Assembly (NCBI GenBank): GCA_035690485.1
Contig: DASSKL010000102.1
Location: forward strand, 63 to 64,062
Direction of reading: 5' to 3'
Source: Mycobacteriales bacterium
Lineage (GTDB): Bacteria > Actinomycetota > Actinomycetes > JAFAQI01 > DASSKL01
DNA: 64,000 bases
Under the pieces are notes generated by a model that saw only the letters and a program-made list of their open reading frames with translations, was not told the origin of the DNA and made no database searches. Of this stretch, positions 31,758 to 40,207 are shown piece by piece. Position numbers and translations under genes: made by a program. Position 1 is the stretch's first letter, and the number at the start of each line of letters is the position of its first letter.

Positions 31758-31806
31758 TCGCGTCAGGTGCGGCGCTCGCGTCAGGTGCATGGTCGGCTCA
31801 GGTTGC
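31758..31806. repeat. Three direct repeats (2 perfect 13-mers and 1 degenerate copy) at about 18-bp spacing in a divergent promoter region
   Basis: TCGCGTCAGGTGC at 31758-31770 and again at 31776-31788. A degenerate copy TCGGCTCAGGTTGC lies at 31793-31806. Confidence 0.6.
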
Positions 31807-31915
31807 CGCGCTGACAAGACGTCCGGTATCTGAGCGTGATGGCAGGCAGTCCTGTTGGGCACCATGTCCGCCCAAATCACACCGGGCCGGGCACCCCTAC
31901 CGACGTGGAGGACTC

Positions 31916-32434
31916 ATGCGCCATCGGAGCTGTGTCACCGGCACGTTCCTCGTCGTCGCCGCGCTGATGGGTGCCACTCCTGCGGCCGCCGCCGTCAAGG
32001 CGACGCCGAACCCCGCGGGCAACGGCATGACGACGATCACCGGTCAGTGCGGCGGGTCGCCACAGTCCGCCGAGCCGGCGACTCTCGTGGTGAACGACAA
32101 CAGCTCGAACCGGTCCGGCGGATGGGGCGCCGCGCACATCTACGGGACGCATGACGTGCTGGTGCCGACGTCGGTCAGCGTCCTGCTGATCGATGCCGGG
32201 CAGTCCTTCCTCATCGGCAGCCAGACGAAAGGCTCCGATCAGCAGTCGTTCTCCGTGAACTGCTTCTTCTACCAGGCCCAGACGCCGGGCGGCGCGCCGC
32301 TGACCGCCCAGGACCTGCTCGACCAGGAAGGGCTCACTTCGCTGCCCGTCGGGGTGCAGCCGGGCGACCTGGTGACCGTGGAGTTCCTGGTAGAGGCAGT
32401 CGCGCCGCGCGGTACGCCGTACCCGAGCATCTAG
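31916..32434 (+). CDS. Hypothetical secreted protein (no family recognised)
   Basis: ATG at 31916 preceded by GGAGGA. Signal peptide MRHRSCVTGTFLVVAALMGATPAAAAV. The upstream part of the track ORF is the repeat region. High GC3 throughout. Confidence 0.6.
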   Translation: MRHRSCVTGTFLVVAALMGATPAAAAVKATPNPAGNGMTTITGQCGGSPQSAEPATLVVNDNSSNRSGGWGAAHIYGTHDVLVPTSVSVLLIDAGQSFLIGSQTKGSDQQSFSVNCFFYQAQTPGGAPLTAQDLLDQEGLTSLPVGVQPGDLVTVEFLVEAVAPRGTPYPSI

Positions 32435-32495
32435 CCCCCGGCCCGGGGCAGCACCCTTGCGGCTGCGCGGCCGGGAAGACCTGCAGGGCGACCGC

Positions 32496-33329
32496 TCAGC
32501 CGGTGAAGTAGCCGCCGTCGGGATGCAGGATCGCACCGGTGTAGTAGCCCGCCTCGTCGCTCGCGAGGAACAGCGCGGTGTTGGCGATGTCGCGCGGAGT
32601 GCCCATCTTCTGCAGGGGCAGGGTGGCGAGGAACTGCTGGTGGATCTCGGGGATGTCCTGCAGCAGCTGGGTCATGTTGGTGTCGATGAACCCCGGCCCG
32701 ATCGCGTTGATGCGGATGCCGGCCGGCCCGAGGCTGCGGGCGACGTGCTTGGTCAGCATCCAGACGCCGGACTTGCTCACCGCGTAGGGCAGCGGCCCGG
32801 CGTTGGGGTTCTTGGCCGCGACCGAGGCGATCGTGACGATCGAGCCCTTGCGGCCGGTCTCGACCATGTGCGCTGCCGCCGCCTGCACGGCGAGGAACGT
32901 GCCGGTGAGGTTGACGTCGACCACTCGCTGCCAGTCGTCGAGGGTCAGCTCGAGGAAGGGCAGCGCGGGGTTCTCCAACGCCTTCGCCTGCCGGGCGATC
33001 ATGTCCACCTCGCGGCTGCGGTCGCCGCTCTGGTAGTTGGCGTGCGAGATGCCTGCGGCGGTGACCAGCACGTCGATGCCGCCGAAGGCCTCGACGGCGG
33101 TGCGCACCATCGTGGCGTTGTCGGCCGGGCTGGCGGCGTCGAGGTGCACGAACGTCGCCTTGCTGCCGAGCCGCTCGACCGCCTCGACCGTCTCCCCACC
33201 GGGCCCGTCGAGGAGGTCGGCGACGACGACGGCCGCGCCCTCCTCCGCGAACCGTTCGCAGCACGCGCGGCCGATGCCGTTGCCGCCGCCGGTGACGACC
33301 GCGACCTTGCCCTCGAGGCGACCACTCAT
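32496..33329 (-). CDS. SDR-family oxidoreductase
   Basis: TGGGNGIG cofactor motif, NAIG, and catalytic YAVSK (YxxxK). Confidence 0.9.
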   Translation of the reverse strand: MSGRLEGKVAVVTGGGNGIGRACCERFAEEGAAVVVADLLDGPGGETVEAVERLGSKATFVHLDAASPADNATMVRTAVEAFGGIDVLVTAAGISHANYQSGDRSREVDMIARQAKALENPALPFLELTLDDWQRVVDVNLTGTFLAVQAAAAHMVETGRKGSIVTIASVAAKNPNAGPLPYAVSKSGVWMLTKHVARSLGPAGIRINAIGPGFIDTNMTQLLQDIPEIHQQFLATLPLQKMGTPRDIANTALFLASDEAGYYTGAILHPDGGYFTG

Positions 33330-33436
33330 GGCGGTGATCTCACCACACCGCCGTTCGGGGCGTCACCGACGTTCGGCGGGCGGCTGCTGGGAGACTGGTC
33401 GCCGATCCGTCGTACTCGTCATGTGAATGAGGCACC

Positions 33437-34039
33437 GTGACCCTTCTGCTCGCCGGTCCCGCCGGTGACGCGGGCGACTTCCGCGTCATCAACGACTTCG
33501 CCAAGGACAGCCACTGGCTGCACGGCTTCATGCGGGGCTTCACCGGCTACGGGATCATCCTGTTCGGCCTGGTGCTCGTCGTCGGCTACCTGATCGCCCG
33601 CTACCGGGAGGACATCGCCGGTGTCGCGGGGGTCTTCTGGGGCGGCATCGGCGCGGTCGTCGCGCTCGGCCTCAACCAGCTCATCTCGCACACGGTCGCG
33701 GAACCGCGGCCGTTCCGGGTGCTGCCGCACGTACTCGTGCTGACTCACCGCTCGACCGACTTCGCCTTCACCTCCGACCATGCGGTGGTCGCGGGCGCGA
33801 TCGCCACGGCGCTGCTGTTCGTCGACCGGCGGCTCGGCATCTTCACCTGGTGCGCGGCGATCGTCTTCGCGTTCTCGCGGGTCTACACGGGCGTGCACTA
33901 CCCGCACGACGTCGTCGCCGGCCTCGGGCTCGGCACCGCGGTGGTCCTCGTCGGGCGCACGTTCATGCAGCCGCTGCTGCGCTGGATCTTCGACTGGCTG
34001 GCGTCGACCGCGCTGGGACCGATCTTCGTGAGCCGCTGA
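33437..34039 (+). CDS. PAP2-family phosphatase (membrane)
   Basis: Acid-phosphatase motifs ...EPRPF, FTSDHA and SRVYTGVHYPHDV, with 5-6 TM segments. Confidence 0.85.
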   Translation: MTLLLAGPAGDAGDFRVINDFAKDSHWLHGFMRGFTGYGIILFGLVLVVGYLIARYREDIAGVAGVFWGGIGAVVALGLNQLISHTVAEPRPFRVLPHVLVLTHRSTDFAFTSDHAVVAGAIATALLFVDRRLGIFTWCAAIVFAFSRVYTGVHYPHDVVAGLGLGTAVVLVGRTFMQPLLRWIFDWLASTALGPIFVSR

Positions 34040-34058
34040 CCACCGGCCGCGGCGCGGC

Positions 34059-35372
34059 TCAGTAGTCGCCGGCGAGGTCGCGCCTGCCCCGCTCGCTCGA
34101 CACGGCCGCGTGGTTGAGGATGTTGCGGGCCATCGACGACTCGTACGTCGCCGCGCGGGCCGCATAGATCTGCGCACGCACCGCGTGCACGTCGGTCGAG
34201 TCCGGTGCGGTCAGCGCGGCGAACTCGACCAGGTGGCAGGCCATCCGAGCATCGCCCGCGTCGGCCAGATCACGCGCCCGCGACAGGACCGCCTCGACCC
34301 CGCCGGCCAGCGCCACCCACTCCGCCGCCTGCTGCCGGCGCGGTGCGGGCAGCAGGTTGTCGGGCTCCCCGTCGTACCAGCCGCCGTAGCGTCGCCAGAC
34401 GTTGCGCACCAGGAACTGCGGGTGGTCGTAGACCGGCCGCAGGTAGGGCTTGTCCCGCAGGTGCGCCGGGACCTCGACCGCGTGCAGCACCTCGTCGAGC
34501 GGCTTGCCCTGGTTCATCAGCGCGAGGGTCTGCGACTCGATCGCGTCGAGCAGCTCGGCGGTGTCGGTCAGCGCGGCGTGGATGCGGTCGGCGCCGAAGA
34601 CCGGCAGCCCGTGCCCGGAGACCATGAGCTCCGCGCCGAGGCCGGCCATCTCGCGCAGCGCGGCGGCCCAGTCCGACAGGTAGCGCTGCACCTTCTGCGG
34701 GTTGCCGGCGTTGGGCACCGCGTAGATGAACAGGTCGCCGGGGTGCAGCAGCCGCTTCTCCGGCACCCACGTCCAGGTCGCGTCGTCGGTCTCGCCACGG
34801 GCGTGGCGCAGCTCGAAGGTGAGATCGCCGCGGTGGAAAGACAGGCGGTCGTCGTACGTCACGTCGGGGTAGCGGTAGGCGTCGGGCCAGCGGAAACGGT
34901 CGATCGGCAGGGCGAACTGCCGCTGGTTGATGGCGGAGTTCCAGCCGAGCGTGCGCAGGTAGCGGTCGAAGTGCGCGGGTACGCCGGCGTGCGCGTAGAC
35001 CTGCGGGCGGGGCCAGCCGCGGTCGGTGGCCTCGGCGTCGAACCGCAGGGTGCCGAACACGTGGTCGACGTGGTGGTGCGAGTAGACGGCGGCCGCCAGC
35101 GGCGCGTCCGGGCGCCAGTCGCGGGCCTGCTCGAAGACGAGGTCGGAGTCGAGCTGGCTGCCGGTGTCGAGCATCACCAGGCCGTCGCCGGTGTCGAGGG
35201 TGGTCGCGGCAGCGATGCTCTTCATGTAGAGGACGCCGTCGGCGATCTCGTCGGCCTGCCGGTCGGCGACCGGGTGCACCGGGTGCTCGACGTGCGCGAT
35301 GTCGACCTCGCCGCGCCAGTGCCTGTCGGCAAGATCACGGATGCTGGGCTGCGGCACGGTGTCGACCCCCAC
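34059..35372 (-). CDS. MBL-fold metallo-hydrolase, alkyl/aryl-sulfatase-like (MBL plus dimerisation domain)
   Basis: YSHHHVDHVFG metal-binding motif. The C-terminal helical region resembles the alkyl-sulfatase dimerisation domain. It lacks the SCP2-like tail of long SdsA1-type enzymes. Confidence 0.7.
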   Translation of the reverse strand: MGVDTVPQPSIRDLADRHWRGEVDIAHVEHPVHPVADRQADEIADGVLYMKSIAAATTLDTGDGLVMLDTGSQLDSDLVFEQARDWRPDAPLAAAVYSHHHVDHVFGTLRFDAEATDRGWPRPQVYAHAGVPAHFDRYLRTLGWNSAINQRQFALPIDRFRWPDAYRYPDVTYDDRLSFHRGDLTFELRHARGETDDATWTWVPEKRLLHPGDLFIYAVPNAGNPQKVQRYLSDWAAALREMAGLGAELMVSGHGLPVFGADRIHAALTDTAELLDAIESQTLALMNQGKPLDEVLHAVEVPAHLRDKPYLRPVYDHPQFLVRNVWRRYGGWYDGEPDNLLPAPRRQQAAEWVALAGGVEAVLSRARDLADAGDARMACHLVEFAALTAPDSTDVHAVRAQIYAARAATYESSMARNILNHAAVSSERGRRDLAGDY

Positions 35373-35385
35373 CTACGCTGGACGC

Positions 35386-36606
35386 ATGACGACCGCCGAG
35401 GGTACGCACGCTCCGGTCGTCACCACCGTCGCGGTGCCGGATCCCGGGGCCCTGCTCGACGGCCTGCCGGTGCCGGGCGCGCTGGCGTGGGTCCGCGAGG
35501 GCGACGGTCTGGTCGGCTGGGGCGAGGCGGCCCGGGCGGAGTTTCGCGGGCCGGGGCGGTTCCGGCAGGCGCAGGCCTGGTGGCAGCGATACCTCGCCGC
35601 GGTGGCCGTCGTCGACGAGGTGGGGGTGCCCGGCAGCGGGCCGGTGGCGTTCGGGTCGTTCGCCTTCGACGACGCCGGCGCGTCGGTGCTGGTCGTGCCG
35701 CGCCACGTCGTCGGTCGCCGCGACAGCCGGAGCTGGCGCACGACGATCGGTCCGGCGCCGTCCATCACGGCCATGGAGCCGGTCACGGCGCCGCGGGGCC
35801 TGCGCTACCGGACCGCCCTGCACGCGCCGGCCGGCTGGCGGGCCGCGGTGGCCGACGCCGTACGCCGCATCCACGCCGGCCAGCTCGGCAAGGTCGTGCT
35901 CGCGAAGGCCGTCGACGCGCAGGCCGAGACGCCCGTCGACCCCCGCTGGCTGCTCGCCCGGCTCGCCGACCGCTACGGCGACTGCTGGACCTTCGCGGTC
36001 GACGGGCTGGTCGGCGCGACGCCGGAGCTGCTGGTGCGCCGGCTCGGCACCGAGGTCCGATCGCGGGTGCTGGCGGGGACGATCACCCGCGGTGACGACG
36101 CGCAGGAGGACCACCTGCTGGCCCAGGCCCTGGCGACGTCGTCGAAGGACCTCGACGAGCACCGGTTCGCGGTCGACTCGGTCACCGCGTCCCTGCGGGA
36201 GTGCTGCAGCGAGGTCACGGCCTCCGCGCCGTACCTCCTGCCGCTCGCCAACGTGCAGCACCTCGCCACCGACGTGCGCGGCCGGGTCGCCGATGAGGCC
36301 TCGGCGCTCGACCTGGTGGCGGCCCTGCACCCCACCGCCGCCGTGGCCGGCACTCCCACCCGGGACGCACTCGCGGTGATCGCCGAGCTCGAGGACGTGG
36401 ACCGCGGCCGCTACGCCGGACCGGTGGGCTGGCTCGACGCGGCCGGCGACGGCGAGTGGGGCATCGCGCTGCGCTGTGCGGCGCTCGACGGGGACCGGCT
36501 GCGGCTCTACGCCGGTTGCGGCATCGTCGGTGAGTCCGACCCCGAGGCAGAGGCCGCCGAGTGGGAGGCCAAGCTGCTGCCGATCCGGCAGGCGCTCACG
36601 GTCTGA
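35386..36606 (+). CDS. menF: Isochorismate synthase
   Basis: Chorismate-binding C-terminus ...LHPTAAVAGTP...GRYAGPVGW...GEWGIALRCA...AGCGIV. Located in the men cluster. ATG at 35386. Confidence 0.88.
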   Translation: MTTAEGTHAPVVTTVAVPDPGALLDGLPVPGALAWVREGDGLVGWGEAARAEFRGPGRFRQAQAWWQRYLAAVAVVDEVGVPGSGPVAFGSFAFDDAGASVLVVPRHVVGRRDSRSWRTTIGPAPSITAMEPVTAPRGLRYRTALHAPAGWRAAVADAVRRIHAGQLGKVVLAKAVDAQAETPVDPRWLLARLADRYGDCWTFAVDGLVGATPELLVRRLGTEVRSRVLAGTITRGDDAQEDHLLAQALATSSKDLDEHRFAVDSVTASLRECCSEVTASAPYLLPLANVQHLATDVRGRVADEASALDLVAALHPTAAVAGTPTRDALAVIAELEDVDRGRYAGPVGWLDAAGDGEWGIALRCAALDGDRLRLYAGCGIVGESDPEAEAAEWEAKLLPIRQALTV

Positions 36607-38284
36607 CCGCGGTCGCGACGGCCCCGCGGATGCGTTCGACCTGGGCGAGCAGTTGCCGCCGGTCGGTGCGGATGTGGACGACCCGGATCCCGTCGCTCGG
36701 GCGAACGGCCGCCGCGAGGTCGGACGGCGTATCGACCCGGGTGTACGACGTACGCGTGGCCGCGCACAGCGCCTGCAGGTCGGTGCCGTGCGGCGTGCCG
36801 AAGATGCGCTCGAAGGCGGCCGCGTGCTCGGGCGCGCCCTGCTCCAGCAGCCCGAAGATGCCGCCGCCGTCGTTGTCGACGACGACGATCGTCAGGTCCG
36901 GCCTCGGCTCGCCCGGGCCGATGACGAGGCCGTTCGCGTCGTGCAGGAACGTCAGGTCGCCGACGACCGCGTAGGCCGGTGCGCCGCCCGTCGTCCGCTG
37001 GTGCGCGAGCGCCGCGCCGACCGCGGTCGAGACCGTGCCGTCGATGCCGGCCACCCCGCGGTTAGCGAGCGCCCGAAGTGCGCCGAGGTCGCCCGCCGCG
37101 ATGTCGAAGTCACGAACCGGCAACGAGGATCCCAGCAGGACCAGCGAACCCGCGGGCGCGGTGCGAGCGAGGTCACGAGCGACGCGCAGGCCCGACAGGG
37201 AACCTTCGCCGTCGAGCACTGCGTCGAGAGCGGCGCGGGCGCGGGCCTCCACCTGGACCCAGGCGAGCAGCCAGTCCGCGTCGGGCTCCGCGCCGGCGAT
37301 CTCCGCCGGCAGACCCAGCGCGACGGATGCGGCCTGCCGCCCGGCGTCGGCCCACCGCGGGCCGGCCACCCGCACCTCGGTGCGAATCGCCGGGTCGCGC
37401 AGCAGCGCCTGCACCCCGCGGGTCAGTGTCGGGCGGCCGACGACGAGCACGCGCTCCGGTCGCAGCTCGTCGAGCAGGCCGGGGACCGCCAGCAGCAGCG
37501 GGTAGGTCGTGACCGCGTGATCTCCCGCCCGCGCGCCGCTGGAAGGTTCGGCGAGGACCGGCCACCCGGCGGCCTCGGCGAGCCGGACCGCCCGGACGCC
37601 GAGGTCACCGGGCGCGTCACCGGCGACGACCAGCGTGCGTGCGGGCCGGGGGTCGATCGGTGCCGGTCTCACCTCGGCCGGTCCGACGTGCGTCCACGGC
37701 GCACCGCCCGGCCGGCCGGGCGGTGCGGTGCCAGAGTCGGGGGTGAGCGGGTCGCGCAGCGGCAGGTTGAGATGCACCGGCCCGGGGTCGCCGGTCAGGG
37801 CGCCGGTCGCGGCGGCAAGGGTCCGGTCGACCACGGTCCGCCAGTAGGCCGCTCCGCCCGCTTCCGACGGCGTGCCGATCTCTGCGTAGAGGCGGACGGC
37901 GTCCCCGTAGAGCTTGACCTGGTCGACCGTCTGGTTGGCCCCGGCTCCGCGCAGCTCCGGCGGCCGGTCGGCGGTGAGCACGAGCAGCGGCACGCCCGAC
38001 TCCGCCGCCTCGAGGACTGCCGGGTGCAGGTTGGCCGCGGCCGTGCCCGAGGTGCAGCAGACCGGCACCGGCGCGCCCGAGGCCTTGGCCAGGCCGAGCG
38101 CGAGGAACGCCGCCGACCGCTCGTCGACGCGCACGTGCAGCCGCAACCGCCCGTCGGCATCGGCGGCGTGCAAGGCGAACGACAGCGGGGCGTTGCGGGA
38201 CCCGGGCGAGAGGACGGCCTCGCGTACGCCGCAGCGCACGAGCTCGTCGACCAGCACGGTCGCGAAGACGGTCGAGGGGTTCAC
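36596..38284 (-). CDS. menD: 2-succinyl-5-enolpyruvyl-6-hydroxy-3-cyclohexene-1-carboxylate (SEPHCHC) synthase
   Basis: ThDP enzyme; N-terminus ...NPSTVFATVLVDELVRCGVREAVLSPGSRNAPL...TSGTAAANL. The GTG at 38284 overlaps the menC stop (GTGA). The rest of the 1201-aa track ORF is read-through antisense. Confidence 0.9.
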   Translation of the reverse strand: MNPSTVFATVLVDELVRCGVREAVLSPGSRNAPLSFALHAADADGRLRLHVRVDERSAAFLALGLAKASGAPVPVCCTSGTAAANLHPAVLEAAESGVPLLVLTADRPPELRGAGANQTVDQVKLYGDAVRLYAEIGTPSEAGGAAYWRTVVDRTLAAATGALTGDPGPVHLNLPLRDPLTPDSGTAPPGRPGGAPWTHVGPAEVRPAPIDPRPARTLVVAGDAPGDLGVRAVRLAEAAGWPVLAEPSSGARAGDHAVTTYPLLLAVPGLLDELRPERVLVVGRPTLTRGVQALLRDPAIRTEVRVAGPRWADAGRQAASVALGLPAEIAGAEPDADWLLAWVQVEARARAALDAVLDGEGSLSGLRVARDLARTAPAGSLVLLGSSLPVRDFDIAAGDLGALRALANRGVAGIDGTVSTAVGAALAHQRTTGGAPAYAVVGDLTFLHDANGLVIGPGEPRPDLTIVVVDNDGGGIFGLLEQGAPEHAAAFERIFGTPHGTDLQALCAATRTSYTRVDTPSDLAAAVRPSDGIRVVHIRTDRRQLLAQVERIRGAVATAVRP

Positions 38285-39276
38285 GCCAGCGCCCGCACCG
38301 CGTGCAGGCGCACCCGCCACAGCTCCGTGGCCTGCTCGTCCGCGGCGACGGCGGCGAGCATCTCGGGCGAGGGTGCCGGACGTCGCACCGGCAGGGCTCC
38401 GTCGACCGGCAGCAACGGGTCGTCGACCACATCGGCGGTCAGCAGCTGCACGGTCGCGAGACCACAGGCGTGCGGCAGCTCCGGCAGCGCGGCGGCCAGC
38501 GCGACACCTGCGGCGATGCCGACCGAGGTCTCCAGCGCGGACGACACGACCACCGGCAACCGGCACTCGTCGGCCAGCCGCAGGCAGGCGTGCACGCCGC
38601 CGAGCGGCTGCACCTTGAGCACGACGATGTCCGCCGCGCCCAGCCGGGCCACCCGCAACGGGTCCGACGCCCGGCGCACGGACTCGTCGGCAGCGATCGG
38701 CACGTCGACCCGGCGGCGGACGGCGGCCAGCTCCTCGACAGTCGGGCAGGGCTGCTCGACGTACTCCAGCCCACCCGCCGCCCGGTCCAGCGCGCGGATG
38801 CGAGCGACCGCGGTCTCGACGTCCCAGGCGGCATTGGCGTCGACCCGCACGTGCCCGCCCGGGCCCAGCGCGTCGCGGACGGCGGCCACCCGCTCGAGGT
38901 CGGCCGACTCGGGCTGCCCCGGCTCGGCAACCTTCACCTTCGCCGTGCGGCAGCCGGCGGACCGGCGTACGACCTCGGCTGCCTGCTCGGGGCCGACCGC
39001 CGGCACGGTGACGTTGACCGGCACCGACGAGCGCACCGGGGCGGGCCATGGCCGCTCGGCCGACTCCGCTGCCGCCCGCCACCAGGCAACCGACTCCGCG
39101 GCGTCGTAGTCCCAGAACGGCGAGAACTCCGTCCAACCGGCCGGCCCCTCCCAGAGCACCGCCTCGCGGGTCGTGATGCCGCGGAACCGCGTGCGCATCG
39201 GGATCGCGACGGTCACGGGAGCCGACAGGCCAGCGGGCGGCGGGGTCTCCGTCCCGTCGGCGGTGGGCTGCGGCAT
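38281..39276 (-). CDS. menC: o-Succinylbenzoate synthase
   Basis: Enolase-superfamily motifs: IPMRTRFRGITTRE, TAKVKV, VRVDANAAW, EYVEQP. Start is uncertain: ATG at 39276 or GTG near 39215. Confidence 0.88.
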   Translation of the reverse strand: MPQPTADGTETPPPAGLSAPVTVAIPMRTRFRGITTREAVLWEGPAGWTEFSPFWDYDAAESVAWWRAAAESAERPWPAPVRSSVPVNVTVPAVGPEQAAEVVRRSAGCRTAKVKVAEPGQPESADLERVAAVRDALGPGGHVRVDANAAWDVETAVARIRALDRAAGGLEYVEQPCPTVEELAAVRRRVDVPIAADESVRRASDPLRVARLGAADIVVLKVQPLGGVHACLRLADECRLPVVVSSALETSVGIAAGVALAAALPELPHACGLATVQLLTADVVDDPLLPVDGALPVRRPAPSPEMLAAVAADEQATELWRVRLHAVRALA

Positions 39277-40207
39277 GCGACCTATGATCCCGGACGTGGG
39301 TGAGCGGGCCGTCTCGGAGTTGTTCGACCCGGCGGCATGGAGGCCCGTGGCGGGCTTCGACTTCACCGACATCACCTACCACCGGGCCGTCGACACGGGC
39401 GCCGTGCGGGTCGCGTTCGACCGGCCGGAGGTGCGCAACGCGTTCCGGCCGCACACGGTCGACGAGCTCTACCGGGCGCTGGACCACGCGCGGCAGACCT
39501 CCGACGTCGGCTGCGTGCTGCTGACCGGCAACGGCCCGTCGCCGAAGGACGGCGGGTGGGCGTTCTGCTCCGGCGGCGACCAGCGGATCCGCGGGCGCGA
39601 CGGCTACCGCTACGCGGAGGGCACCGACGCGGCGAGCATCGACCCGGCGCGGTCCGGCCGGCTGCACATCCTCGAGGTGCAGCGGCTCATCCGCTTCATG
39701 CCGAAGGTCGTCATCTGCGTGGTGCCCGGCTGGGCCGCCGGTGGCGGGCACAGCCTGCACGTGGTCAGCGACCTCACCCTCGCCAGCCGCGAGCACGCGC
39801 GCTTCAAGCAGACCGACGCCGACGTGGCGAGCTTCGACGGCGGCTTCGGGTCGGCCTACCTCGCCCGCCAGGTGGGGCAGAAGTTCGCGCGCGAGATCTT
39901 CTTCCTCGGCCGGGACTACGACGCCGAGGCCGCGCACCGCATGGGCATGGTCAACGAGGTCGTCGCGCACGCCGACCTGGAGTCGGTGGCCCTCGACTGG
40001 GCCCGCGTGATCAACCGCAAGAGCCCGACGGCGCAGCGGATGCTGAAGTTCGCCTTCAACCTCGTCGACGACGGGCTGGTCGGCCAGCAGGTGTTCGCCG
40101 GCGAGGCGACGCGGCTGGCCTACATGACCGACGAGGCGGCCGAGGGGCGCGATGCGTTCCTCGAGAAGCGGCCGCCGGACTGGTCGGCGTTCCCCTGGCA
40201 CTTCTAG
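39275..40207 (+). CDS. menB: 1,4-dihydroxy-2-naphthoyl-CoA synthase
   Basis: Crotonase fold: ITYHRAVDTGAVRVAFDRPEVRNAFRP, FCSGGDQ, ...DEAAEGRDAFLEKRPPDWSAFPWHF. Start is uncertain: ATG at 39275 or 39284. Confidence 0.93.
   Translation: MRPMIPDVGERAVSELFDPAAWRPVAGFDFTDITYHRAVDTGAVRVAFDRPEVRNAFRPHTVDELYRALDHARQTSDVGCVLLTGNGPSPKDGGWAFCSGGDQRIRGRDGYRYAEGTDAASIDPARSGRLHILEVQRLIRFMPKVVICVVPGWAAGGGHSLHVVSDLTLASREHARFKQTDADVASFDGGFGSAYLARQVGQKFAREIFFLGRDYDAEAAHRMGMVNEVVAHADLESVALDWARVINRKSPTAQRMLKFAFNLVDDGLVGQQVFAGEATRLAYMTDEAAEGRDAFLEKRPPDWSAFPWHF

Noticed and set aside
31210-35372. A genomic island integrated at tRNA-Leu. The genes after the tRNA are miscellaneous: GYD, orphan secreted protein, SDR, PAP2 and an MBL sulfatase-like gene.
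   Set aside because: There is no integrase, recombinase or phage or plasmid gene. I saw no direct repeat of the tRNA 3' end downstream. Codon usage remains typical of the host.
39274-39277. Divergent gene pairs whose ATG start codons overlap back-to-back on a CATG: menC/menB here, mshC and the acyl-CoA synthetase ORF at 22878-22881, and VLRF1/MOSC at 44039-44042. This could suggest zero-length intergenic regions and leaderless divergent transcription.
   Set aside because: CATG is self-complementary, so any real C-ATG start creates an antisense ATG one base away. Because the antisense frames are open, the ORF finder extends the neighbour to it. Each pair has plausible downstream alternative starts: ATG at 22921, ATG at 39284 or GTG near 39215, and GTG at 44055 or GTG near 44014. 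This is most likely an annotation artefact.
36596-40201. A 1201-aa minus-strand ORF that could be read as a giant fusion protein.
   Set aside because: Only the last 562 codons (36596-38284) are MenD. Upstream of the GTG at 38284 the frame runs antisense or out-of-frame through menC and menB and translates to Arg/Gly/Ala-rich noise.
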